A DNA stretch of 39,768 nucleotides from Anaeromyxobacter sp. RBG_16_69_14 (GTDB lineage: Bacteria > Myxococcota > Myxococcia > Myxococcales > Anaeromyxobacteraceae): the NCBI GenBank assembly GCA_001768075.1, contig MEMX01000070.1:174637-214404 (forward strand), written 5' to 3'. The notes under the pieces were generated by a model that saw only the letters and a list, made by a program, of their open reading frames with translations, was not told the DNA's origin and did not search any database. Positions 1 through 8,569 of this stretch are shown here, piece by piece. Made by a program: the position numbers and the translations under genes. The first letter of the stretch is position 1. Each line of letters begins with the position of its first letter.

Positions 1-152
1 CCGATGCGGATGCCGTACCCGGCGAGGTTCTCCTTGACCATGGCTTCTTTGACCATCTCGACCGCCTTGGCGGTGAGGGTCAAGGGGCTCGGCGCGACCG
101 GCTCGGTCGGGGTGCGGGCGATCGGGGTGGCGGTCGTGGTCTCCATGCTCAT
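1..152 (-). CDS. HesB/IscA family iron-sulfur cluster assembly accessory protein, 5' part (runs off the window edge)
   Basis: Manual minus-strand translation from ATG at 152 (GGAG RBS upstream): MSMETTTATP...LTLTAKAVEMVKEAMVKENLAGYGIRIG, the typical A-type carrier N-terminus. Not in the ORF track. Confidence 0.8.
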   Translation of the reverse strand, partial: MSMETTTATPIARTPTEPVAPSPLTLTAKAVEMVKEAMVKENLAGYGIRI

Positions 153-259
153 CCTGTCTCCGTTCTGGTCCGGCAAATTGATGTGGAACAAAGATAGTAA
201 CAGGCCCGAAGGCGAGCTTCAACGCTGGCCCGTCACATGACGAAGGGTTACCCTGGATT

Positions 260-967
260 TCAACCGATCCTTCCGCTCAACCGGCGGCCTCCGTCCACCG
301 GCAACACGGCCCCGGTCACGAACGCCGCCCCGGCGAGGTAGCGCACCGCCTCTGCGACATCGAGCGGCGTGCCCGCCCGGCGCAAGGGGATCCTCCTGGC
401 CAGCTCGCGGCGACGCTGCGCGCTGTAGCCGTCAGGCCAGAGAACGGTGCCCGGAGCCACCGCGTTCACCCGCACCTCGGGCGCCAGCTCCAGGGCAAGG
501 CACTCGGTCAGGCGGACGAGCGCGGCCTTGGAGGCTGCATAGGCGGAGTAACCCGCCCATGGCACCATCCCGCCACCGACATCCGCGACGTTGACGATCG
601 ACCCGTGGCACCGCCGCAGCAGCGGCGCGAAGGCGCGCGCGAGCAGGAGGGGCGCTCGGGCGTTGAGGTCCATCTGGGAGTCGAACGCGCCGGCGTCGGT
701 CTGGTCGAGCGGTCGGGCCTCGAACCCGGCGGCGAAGCAGACGAGGAGGTCGAGCCGCCGGAAGCGCGCCCGGAAGGCGCGAGCCAGCGCATCGGCGCCC
801 TCGGGCGCCGCCAGGTCGGCCTGCAGCGCGACCATCCTGCCCGGCGGGCGATGGCTGTGGTAGTGCGCCGCGACCCGAAAACCGTTGCGCTCGAGATCTC
901 GCGCGATGGCGAGCCCGACGCGGACGCCCGCGCCGGTGACCAGCGCTACCCTGTGCCCTCGCGGCAT
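260..967 (-). CDS. SDR family oxidoreductase, pteridine reductase/FolM-like
   Basis: TGAGVRVG Rossmann motif, YAASK catalytic YxxxK, VNAVAPG, and C-terminal VTGAVLPVDGG. Confidence 0.85.
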   Translation of the reverse strand: MPRGHRVALVTGAGVRVGLAIARDLERNGFRVAAHYHSHRPPGRMVALQADLAAPEGADALARAFRARFRRLDLLVCFAAGFEARPLDQTDAGAFDSQMDLNARAPLLLARAFAPLLRRCHGSIVNVADVGGGMVPWAGYSAYAASKAALVRLTECLALELAPEVRVNAVAPGTVLWPDGYSAQRRRELARRIPLRRAGTPLDVAEAVRYLAGAAFVTGAVLPVDGGRRLSGRIG

Positions 968-1016
968 GCCCCCTCCCGCCCTGGAGAAGCCCGGCCCCGG
1001 GAAGGGGCGAGTCTCA

Positions 1017-1574
1017 TCACTTTGCGTGGCGGGGATCCCAAATGACCTCGGCCACCTTGGCCCGATGGTTCGCGACCCGCGCCGCGACGAACAGGAAATC
1101 GGACAGGCGATTGAGCAGCGTCAGGACGTCCGCGGCCACGCGGTCGTGGTGGTTCAACGCCACCACGCGCCGCTCGGCGCGCCGGCAGACGGTGCGCGCC
1201 AGGTGGAGGTCGGCGCCGAGCGCGCTGCCGCCCGGCAGGACGAAGTGCCGGAGCGGCGGCAGCTCCGCCTCGAATCGGTCGATGGCGTCCTCGAGCGCGC
1301 TCGTCCACGCGGGTGCGATGGGAGGCACGGCGGAGTGCGCCCTGGCGCCTGGAGGCGTGGCGAGATCGGCGCCGACCGTGAAGAGCTGGTCCTGCACCGC
1401 CGCCAGCAACCCGTCGATCTCGGCGTCGGCGCCGCGGGCGCGTGCCACGCCGAGCGCCGCGTTGAGCTCGTCCACCGCGCCGTAGGCCTCGACGCGCACG
1501 TCGTCCTTCGCGACGCGCGGTCCCCCGAACAGGCCAGTCTCTCCAGCGTCGCCGGTCTTCGTGTAGATCTTCAT
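1017..1574 (-). CDS. pduO: ATP:cob(I)alamin adenosyltransferase (PduO type)
   Basis: MKIYTKTGDAGET, YGAVDELN, ARTVCRRAER and LNRLSDFLF signatures. Start moved to ATG 1574. Confidence 0.92.
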   Translation of the reverse strand: MKIYTKTGDAGETGLFGGPRVAKDDVRVEAYGAVDELNAALGVARARGADAEIDGLLAAVQDQLFTVGADLATPPGARAHSAVPPIAPAWTSALEDAIDRFEAELPPLRHFVLPGGSALGADLHLARTVCRRAERRVVALNHHDRVAADVLTLLNRLSDFLFVAARVANHRAKVAEVIWDPRHAK

Positions 1575-1659
1575 CCCAGAGCGAGCTAACACCGCTCGTT
1601 ACCCTCCCGCAACCCCTCCGTCCTGCTCTCCGGAGAGCGGGCTCGAACCGTAGGTCCAC

Positions 1660-3117
1660 ATGACCCCCTTCACCGAGGACGCCCTCGCAGACGTAGGCGC
1701 CGCCGCCGCCCGCACCGCCTGGCAGGGCGGCATGTCGGTGCTCCGGCCCGACGGCGTCGTCGTCGAGATCCCGCTCGTGGCCGAGCCGGAGGTCTTCACG
1801 CGCTCGGCCCTCGCCGCGCTCGCCGCCGAGGCGCGCGCCATTCTCTCCGGCGCTGTGAAGCTCGCGCGCGCCCTCGTCGCGCAGGGCGACGCGCGCGATC
1901 GAGAGGCGCTGCTCGGGCCCTTCGAGGGGCTCGAGGCCGAGGCGATGGCGCGCCTGTTCGAGGAGGCGCCTTGCGCGGCGGTGGTGGCGCGCGTGGATTT
2001 CCTGCAGCCTGGCGAGCCCGATCAACGCGGCGGAGCCGCCTTCCCTGTCCGGGGCCCCCTGGGGGGCGAGCCCGCTCAACGCGGTGGGGAAGCCTTTCTC
2101 GTCCGGGGCACCGGGGAAGGTGCGGTGCCCGGCTTCGCGGCCCTGCCGCGTGCGCTGGAACTGAACGCCACCATCCCGGCCATGCCCGCCTACGCCGACC
2201 TGGCGGCGCACGCATGGCTCCGCGCGGCGGCGAGAGCGCGAGGCATGACCCCGCGCCAGGCGGATGGCCTCGTCGCCGCCTGCGGCTCGAACATGGAGAA
2301 CCTGCGCGAGGCGCTCGTCGCCTACTACCGCGCGCGAGGAGGCTCGCGCGAGCGCCCGTCCGTCGCCCTCGTCGCTCGACCTGGCGACGCGCAGCTCGGG
2401 GAGCTGCGCCGGCTCGCCGAGCACTTTCGCCAGATGGGCCACCAGGCGGAGAACCTGGTTCCCTCCGGATGCGAGCCCGAGCAGTGGGACCTGCTCTACC
2501 GCCACGTCTGGGCGCACAACACCCCGCCGGAGAGCCCGTTTGCGAGGGCGCTCCGGGCCCCGGCGAGGTTCGTCCTCGCCAACCCGGTGAATGGCATGCT
2601 GGAGGCGAAGGCGCTCTTCGCGCGCCTCTCCGAGTGTGCCGAGGACGCGCGTCTGGCCCGGCTCGCAGGGCTGGACGAGGCGGAGCTCGCGGCCGCGCGG
2701 AGGCTGCCGGTCACGCGCCGTCTCGACGCGGCGCTCGCCCCGCGCCTCCTCGCCGAGCGCGAGCAGTGGGTGCTGAAGCGGAGCTGGGACTACGGCGGCA
2801 AGAGCGTCCACCTGGGCCGCGAGCTCCTGCCCGACGAATGGGCCCGCGTGGTCGAGGCGGCCCTGGCCGACCGGCGCGGCGGCGGATTCGTGGCGCAGGA
2901 GCGGATCTTCGCCGCGCGCCGTCCCGCCACGCGCGTCGCGCCGGAGGGCGTCGGGCGGTCGGACCTCTATCGCGACGTGTCCACCTACACCGGGCTCGGT
3001 CCCTTTGCGCCCTCAGGCAGCGTGGTGCGCGCCGCAGCATCGCCAGTCGTGAACATCCTCGGGGGCGGCGGCCTGGCGCCCGTGATCCCCGAGGACGTGC
3101 TCGCCGCCCTGCGATGA
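1660..3117 (+). CDS. Circularly permuted ATP-grasp / glutathionylspermidine-synthase-like ligase
   Basis: RVDF...ELN pair, WVLKRSWDYGGKSV, FVAQE and C-terminal VVNILGGGG; strong GC3 codon bias. Confidence 0.65.
   Translation: MTPFTEDALADVGAAAARTAWQGGMSVLRPDGVVVEIPLVAEPEVFTRSALAALAAEARAILSGAVKLARALVAQGDARDREALLGPFEGLEAEAMARLFEEAPCAAVVARVDFLQPGEPDQRGGAAFPVRGPLGGEPAQRGGEAFLVRGTGEGAVPGFAALPRALELNATIPAMPAYADLAAHAWLRAAARARGMTPRQADGLVAACGSNMENLREALVAYYRARGGSRERPSVALVARPGDAQLGELRRLAEHFRQMGHQAENLVPSGCEPEQWDLLYRHVWAHNTPPESPFARALRAPARFVLANPVNGMLEAKALFARLSECAEDARLARLAGLDEAELAAARRLPVTRRLDAALAPRLLAEREQWVLKRSWDYGGKSVHLGRELLPDEWARVVEAALADRRGGGFVAQERIFAARRPATRVAPEGVGRSDLYRDVSTYTGLGPFAPSGSVVRAAASPVVNILGGGGLAPVIPEDVLAALR
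2011..2118 (+). repeat. Two imperfect 54-bp tandem units in frame inside the ATP-grasp gene
   Basis: ggcgagcccgatcaacgcggcgg... at 2011 and ggcgagcccgctcaacgcggtgg... at 2065; peptides GEPDQRGGAAFPVRGPLG and GEPAQRGGEAFLVRGTGE. Confidence 0.85.
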
Positions 3118-3296
3118 TTGGCCTCCTCTTGGTCCGGTGGGGAAATCACTCACAGCGGCGACCGGTTGATGTGATTCTCCAGCGTCACCGCCGCCGCTGT
3201 GAGCTGATGTCCGGCGCCTTGCGGCGCCTCAGGCGGAGGGGAGAACTCTCCCCCCGCGCCCCCCATCTCGAGCGTCAGTTCATGTGGCATGCGCTA

Positions 3297-3497
3297 TCAG
3301 ACTCGCCTCTGAAAGCGCTCGGTGAGCACGAGAAACGGTGAAAGGCCCCTTTGATCCGGTGGGGGGATTGGGGGGAGCGGCGGTCGCTCCCCCAAAAATG
3401 AGGGTTCGCTGCGCGAAGCGCAGCGGGCCCGGAAATCACTCAGACTCGCCTCTGAAAGCGCTCGGTGAGCACGAGAAACGGTGAAAGGCGAGTCTGA
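3297..3497. repeat. Composite REP/MITE-like element: exact 50-bp direct repeat flanking a two-hairpin core, with 12-bp terminal inverted repeats
   Basis: tcagactcgcctctgaaagcgctcggtgagcacgagaaacggtgaaaggc at 3297-3346 and 3440-3489; hairpins at 3371-3393 and 3402-3430; ends tcagactcgcct / aggcgagtctga. Confidence 0.85.
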
Positions 3498-3668
3498 ATG
3501 AGTGGCGTCGCGTCCCTACCCGAGTCATCTGTTACCCATCGGGCAGCGCCAAGGGGGAGGTGCGTTCGCTCGGCACGGACCGTGCTGTACCGAGGGTGTA
3601 GTGATGCTGGGCTCCGGACGCAGGGACGCTGCTGATGTGCGCCCGCGCCACTGGGAAGGCGTGAAGCC

Positions 3669-4703
3669 ATGAGCGAGGCGACGCGCCCAACCGGCGCCTC
3701 GGCGAGCCATGAAGAGGGCGGCCGCTCGGCTGTCCCCCCTCCGCGGGTGCTCGTGGTCGAAGACTCCCCTACCCAGGCCCAGTGGCTGGCGCAGGTGCTC
3801 GCGGGAGAGGGTTACCAGGTGCGGGTGGCGGCGGACGGGCGCGAGGCCATTCGCGGCGTGCGCACCGACCCGCCCGATCTCGTCCTCCTCGACATGATCC
3901 TGCCTGACATGAACGGGCTCGAGGTGCTGCGCTTCATCAAGTCGCCGTCCGGCGACCAGTTCATCCCGGTCATCTTGCTTTCCGTGAAGTCGGATCTCGA
4001 CTCCCGCGTGGTGGGGCTGCGCCTGGGCGCCGACGACTTCCTCGCCAAGCCCTACGCCGACGCCGAGATCAAGGCGCGCGCTGCGGCCATGCTGCGCATC
4101 AAGAGCCTGCAGGACCAGCTGCGGGGGGCGAAGGCGCAGCTCGAGAGGCTCTCGGTCACCGACGGACTCACCGGCCTCTACAACCACCTCCACTTCGGGA
4201 AGCGGCTCGGCGAGGAGTTCGCCCGCAGCCAGCGCTACAGCGACCCCCTGTCGCTCATCATGCTCGACCTCGACCACTTCAAGCGCGTGAACGACGAGCA
4301 CGGACATCCGTTCGGCGACCGGGTGCTGCGGGGGACGGCGGAGCTCATGACCACGAGCTTTCGAGGCTCGGACGTCTGTGCGCGTTACGGCGGCGAGGAG
4401 TTCGCCGTCATCCTCCCGTACACCCTCGTCCAGGGCGCGCAGGCGGTGGCGGAGCGCTTCGTCAAGAAGGTGCGCGAGAAGACCTACCCTATCGAGGGGG
4501 GTAATACTCTTGGTGGCAATCCCGTCGAGGTCCGGGTCACGGTCTCGGCCGGCATCGCTTCCTTTCCTTCGGAGGGCGTCGACAGTCAGGAGACCTTGGT
4601 CAAGTTGGCGGACGAGGCGCTCTACCGCGCGAAGAGCGAGGGGCGAGACAGGACTTGCCTGTACCGACCGGAATCGCCTCGCCCCGCTGGTGACGGTCCT
4701 TGA
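3669..4703 (+). CDS. Response regulator diguanylate cyclase (REC-GGDEF)
   Basis: REC domain (VLVVED, LLDMILP, FLAKP), TDGLTGLYN, DLDHFKRVND, RGSD I-site five residues before GGEEF. Confidence 0.93.
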   Translation: MSEATRPTGASASHEEGGRSAVPPPRVLVVEDSPTQAQWLAQVLAGEGYQVRVAADGREAIRGVRTDPPDLVLLDMILPDMNGLEVLRFIKSPSGDQFIPVILLSVKSDLDSRVVGLRLGADDFLAKPYADAEIKARAAAMLRIKSLQDQLRGAKAQLERLSVTDGLTGLYNHLHFGKRLGEEFARSQRYSDPLSLIMLDLDHFKRVNDEHGHPFGDRVLRGTAELMTTSFRGSDVCARYGGEEFAVILPYTLVQGAQAVAERFVKKVREKTYPIEGGNTLGGNPVEVRVTVSAGIASFPSEGVDSQETLVKLADEALYRAKSEGRDRTCLYRPESPRPAGDGP

Positions 4704-4837
4704 CCCCTACCGACAGGGTGCGCGGAGACCCACCGGGTGATAATCTACCCGGGTCTGCCCAGGACCAAGTATCCGTAAGTACGGGTAAATGGTCAGTTCG
4801 CACCCGGATCGGTGCATGCACCCAGCCGGGCGGGCCC

Positions 4838-6379
4838 ATGGATGCACACGTTCATTCCGATTCTGCCAGCACCGTGATCCGGAACGACCAGGCGTCGATC
4901 CTGGTCGTGGACGACGACGAGCACGTCAGGCGCGCTCTCAAGCGCGTCCTGAAGCGAGCTCGCTGCCAGCTCCACGAGGCGCCCGACGCAGATGGAGCGC
5001 TGGCGCTCCTCGCCGTCGAGCCCGTGCACGTGATCGTGTCCGACTACCGCATGCCCGGCATGTCGGGCGTCGAGTTCCTCCGCGTGGTCAAGGAGCGCTG
5101 GCCGCGGGTGCAGCGCGTCCTCCTCACCGGCCAGGCCGACACCGCCGCCATCGAGGAGGCGGTGAACCACTCCGAGATCTTCCGGTTCATCTGGAAGCCC
5201 TGGGACGACGCGCACCTCCTCCTCACCATCCAGAGTGCCATCGACCAGTACTGGCTGGTCGAGGAGAACGCGCGCCTCTCCGACCTGCTCACGCAGCGCA
5301 ACGCCGAGCTCGAGCTCGTCAACCGCGAGCTGGAGGCGAAGGTCGAGCAGCGCTCGAAAGCGCTGGTGCGGGCCGCGGACGAGTGGCGCGCTTGCTTCGA
5401 CGCCATCGTCGACCCGCTCGCCATCCTGCGCCACGACGGCGAGGTGGTGCGGGCCAACACCGCCTTCGCCCGCCACGCCGAGGTCGCGCTGCGAAGCCTG
5501 AGGGGAATGAGGCCGGCCGCCGGCACCTACGGGGGGCTCCCCGGAGCCGAGGGCCCGGGTTCGGACGAGCTGCTCGGGACGCAGGAGCTGCAGCACGGCG
5601 ACCGCAGCTGGCTCGTGCGCGCCTTCCCCTTCGCGGAGGGCGGCGCAGTGGTGGTCTGGAAGGACGTCACCGAGGAGCGCGAGGTCACCCGCCGACTGCT
5701 CCAGGCCGAGAAGATGGCGGCCGTGGGCCAGCTGGCGGGCGGCGTGGCGCACGAGATCAACAACCCGCTCGGCGGGATCCTCGCCTTCGCGCAGCTCATG
5801 CTGCAAGACGAGCGGCCCGAGAGCGATCGCGAGCCGTTGCGGCTCATCCAGGATGCGGCCGTGCGCGCGAAGCGCATCGTCGAGTCGCTGCTCCGCTTCT
5901 CGCGTCGCCCGCGTGACGACGAGCGCGGCGAGGTGGATCTCGCGCGCCTGGCCGAGGACGCTCTCTTCCTCATGCAGTCCCAGATGAAGGAGGGGCAGGT
6001 ACAGGTGGTGCGCGAGCTCGAGCCGGCATTCACCATCGGGAACGGCAATCAGATCCAGCAGATCATCGTGAACCTGCTCGTCAACGCGATGCAGGCGATC
6101 GGCAAGAAGGGCCGCATCATGGTCAGCACCGGCGCGGGCCAGCCCGGGCGCGTGCAGCTCTCCGTCTCCGACGACGGGCCCGGCGTCCCGGCCGAGATCG
6201 CGGGGCGCATCTTCGAGCCTTTCTTCACCACCAAGCCCGAGGGGCAGGGTACCGGCCTCGGCCTCTCGATCTGCTACCGCATCGCCGATGAGCATGGGGG
6301 CACCATCCGCCAGGAAGTCGTGCCGGAGGGTGGAGCCTGTTTCGTCGTGGACTTCCCGGCAGCACCCGTCAATTCGTGA
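4838..6379 (+). CDS. Hybrid histidine kinase (N-terminal REC, PAS-like region, HisKA, HATPase); HsfB-like architecture
   Basis: REC ([15 protein letters not shown]), H-box AHEINNPL, N-box NLLVNA, DDGPG, FFTTK, GTGLGL. No transmembrane segment. Start placed at ATG 4838. Confidence 0.9.
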   Translation: MDAHVHSDSASTVIRNDQASILVVDDDEHVRRALKRVLKRARCQLHEAPDADGALALLAVEPVHVIVSDYRMPGMSGVEFLRVVKERWPRVQRVLLTGQADTAAIEEAVNHSEIFRFIWKPWDDAHLLLTIQSAIDQYWLVEENARLSDLLTQRNAELELVNRELEAKVEQRSKALVRAADEWRACFDAIVDPLAILRHDGEVVRANTAFARHAEVALRSLRGMRPAAGTYGGLPGAEGPGSDELLGTQELQHGDRSWLVRAFPFAEGGAVVVWKDVTEEREVTRRLLQAEKMAAVGQLAGGVAHEINNPLGGILAFAQLMLQDERPESDREPLRLIQDAAVRAKRIVESLLRFSRRPRDDERGEVDLARLAEDALFLMQSQMKEGQVQVVRELEPAFTIGNGNQIQQIIVNLLVNAMQAIGKKGRIMVSTGAGQPGRVQLSVSDDGPGVPAEIAGRIFEPFFTTKPEGQGTGLGLSICYRIADEHGGTIRQEVVPEGGACFVVDFPAAPVNS

Positions 6380-6391
6380 GGAGAGGGCATC

Positions 6392-7867
6392 ATGGACAGC
6401 ACCACCGATAGGGTCGTTCGCGTCCTCGTCGTCGACGATGAGCCCGTGCTCCTCAAGGCTCTGGAGGCGCTGCTGACCAAGAAGGGCCACCACGTCACGG
6501 CGCTGGACTCGCCCATCGCGGCGACGCAGCGGCTGGCCCAGGAGGACTTCGACGTCGCGCTGCTCGACGTGAAGATGCCCGACCTCTCCGGCCTGGAGCT
6601 CCTCACCGCGGTGAAGCACCGGCGGCCCGAGGTCGAGGTCATCATGATGACCGGCCACGCCACCGTCGAGACTGCGCTGTCGGCGGTGAAGGCCGGCGCC
6701 TACGACTACCTCACCAAGCCCTTCGAGGACGTGGAGCTGGTCGCTCGCGCGGTGACGAAGGCGGCCGAGCGCAAGCACCTCTTCGACCGCAATCGCGAGC
6801 TGGAGACGGCGTTGCGCGAGAAGGAGGGTGGCGTCCAGAGTGACGGCCTGGTCGGCAACTCCGGCCCCATGCGCGACGTGACGCGCATGATCGACGCGGT
6901 CGCCTACAGCGCCGCCACGGTGCTGGTCCAGGGCGAGAGTGGCACCGGCAAGGAGCTGGTCGCCCGCGCGCTGCACGTGAAGAGTCCGCGCCGTGGCGAG
7001 CCCTTCGTCGCTCTCAACTGCGGCGCGCTCACCGAGACGTTGCTCGAGTCGGAGCTGTTCGGCCACGTGAAGGGCGCCTTCACAGGAGCGCAGCGCGACC
7101 AGAAGGGCCTCTTCGACGCCGCCGACGGGGGCACGATCTTCCTCGACGAGATCGGCGACATCCCTCCCGCCACCCAGGTGCGGCTGTTGCGCGTGCTGCA
7201 GGAGGGCGAGCTGAAGCGCGTCGGCTCGGCCGAGTCGATCAAGGTGGACGTGCGCGTCATCGCCGCCACCCACCGTGACCTGCCGAAGCTGGTCAAGAGC
7301 GGCAGGTTCCGCGAGGACCTCTTCTACCGGCTGAACGTCATCGCCATCCCGCTGCCGCCGCTGCGCGACCGCATCGAGGACGTGCCGCTGCTCGCCCACC
7401 ACTTCCTGCGCCGCTACACCGAGCGGCTTGGCAAGAAGGTGAAGACGCTCACAGCCGAGGCCGTGGAGCTCCTTTGCGGTTACCGCTGGCCCGGCAACGT
7501 GCGCGAGCTGGAGAACGCCCTCGAGCGCGCGGTGGTCCTGTGCCGGGGCGAGACCGTCACCCCCGCCGATCTGCCGCCTTCCGTCTCCGGCCGCACCGCC
7601 CCGCTCATCCGCGAGGCGCCCTCCGCCGGCGACGACGCGACGTGGGCCTCCATGAGCTATGCGGCGGCCAAGGAGCAGGCGCTGCGGCGGTTCGAGAAGG
7701 GCTACGTCGAGGCGCTCATGCGAGCCTGCGACAACAACATCTCGGGCGCGGCGCGCAAGGCCGGCATGGACCGCTCGAACTTCAAGCGCGTGCTGCGCAA
7801 GTACCGGATCGACATCGACTACGATTCGGGGGACGAGGGGCCGGAGCTGAACAGGGCGAACGGCTAG
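6392..7867 (+). CDS. Sigma54-dependent NtrC-family response regulator (HsfA-like by context)
   Basis: REC, GESGTGKE Walker A, GAFTGA loop, FLDEIG, WPGNVRELEN, Fis-type HTH; GGAGAGG RBS. Confidence 0.93.
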   Translation: MDSTTDRVVRVLVVDDEPVLLKALEALLTKKGHHVTALDSPIAATQRLAQEDFDVALLDVKMPDLSGLELLTAVKHRRPEVEVIMMTGHATVETALSAVKAGAYDYLTKPFEDVELVARAVTKAAERKHLFDRNRELETALREKEGGVQSDGLVGNSGPMRDVTRMIDAVAYSAATVLVQGESGTGKELVARALHVKSPRRGEPFVALNCGALTETLLESELFGHVKGAFTGAQRDQKGLFDAADGGTIFLDEIGDIPPATQVRLLRVLQEGELKRVGSAESIKVDVRVIAATHRDLPKLVKSGRFREDLFYRLNVIAIPLPPLRDRIEDVPLLAHHFLRRYTERLGKKVKTLTAEAVELLCGYRWPGNVRELENALERAVVLCRGETVTPADLPPSVSGRTAPLIREAPSAGDDATWASMSYAAAKEQALRRFEKGYVEALMRACDNNISGAARKAGMDRSNFKRVLRKYRIDIDYDSGDEGPELNRANG

Positions 7868-7927
7868 CCCTTCGCCCGGGCAAGGCGATGGTCGATCGTC
7901 CTGTAGGGCGGGAGCTTGTCCCCCGCC

Positions 7928-8569
7928 CTACGGAGTCAGGAACGCGCGCGCCTCCTCGAAGATCCGGTCGATCGACGCGATGAGCTCGTGGCCGTCGTCG
8001 AGGGGGACGAGCCGCGCTGTCGGCGTCATCGCGACGAAGCGCTCCACGTCCTCGAACGGGACCACCTCGTCCCGACGACCGGCGAGACAGAGCGCCGGGA
8101 TGTGCACCTCCGGGTACGCCGGCAGGGTCGCCGCGTCCTCCATGAAGGACCACCCCAGGCGGCGTTTGCGGTTCGTGGCGTGGTGGAACACCTCGAGGCC
8201 CTCGGCTCGCCAGCGCCGCTCCTCCTCCGGCGCGAGCCGCGCGCGCCACCGTTCGAAGAGGTGGAACGCCGGAGCGAGCAGGACGAGGCGCTCGATCGAC
8301 GCGTGGCGTGGCGCGAGCAGCGCCGCGAGGTATCCGCCGAGCGAGCTGCCCATGAGGACGCTCGGGCGGTGAGCTGCGAGGAGCCGCTCCGCCTCGGCCA
8401 GCATGGTGAGGGGCGTCGATCGCTCGAACCCTTGCTCACCCGGCGTCAGGTCGGCGCGGTGGAGCGGCACGCCTTGGGCACCGAAGAGCTGCTCGAGCGC
8501 GCGGCCCTTGGTGGAGCCGGGGCCCGAGGCGAAGCCGTGCAGGTAGAGGATCACCTCGCCCCTGTTCAT
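7928..8569 (-). CDS. YqiA/YcfP-like alpha/beta-fold esterase
   Basis: YLHGFASGP, GSSLGG nucleophile elbow, DEVVP and DGHEL. Overlaps the rarA stop (ATGA). Confidence 0.88.
   Translation of the reverse strand: MNRGEVILYLHGFASGPGSTKGRALEQLFGAQGVPLHRADLTPGEQGFERSTPLTMLAEAERLLAAHRPSVLMGSSLGGYLAALLAPRHASIERLVLLAPAFHLFERWRARLAPEEERRWRAEGLEVFHHATNRKRRLGWSFMEDAATLPAYPEVHIPALCLAGRRDEVVPFEDVERFVAMTPTARLVPLDDGHELIASIDRIFEEARAFLTP

Noticed and set aside
4-240. 78-aa plus-strand ORF
   Set aside because: Antisense shadow of the IscA/HesB gene start on the minus strand.
946-2811. 621-aa minus-strand ORF
   Set aside because: Shadow of the ATP-grasp gene and off-frame over pduO; Arg-rich with no motifs, as expected in high-GC DNA.
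3297-3489. CRISPR array suggested by two identical 50-bp repeats
   Set aside because: Only two repeats, a 93-bp spacer that is itself a repeated hairpin element, and no cas genes in the window.
3440-3497. Hammerhead ribozyme (CTGA...GAAAC inside a closed stem)
   Set aside because: The core reads CTGAAAG rather than CTGANGA, and no stem III with a cleavage triplet could be built.
4793-7402. 869-aa minus-strand ORF
   Set aside because: Antisense mirror of the kinase and sigma54 activator genes.
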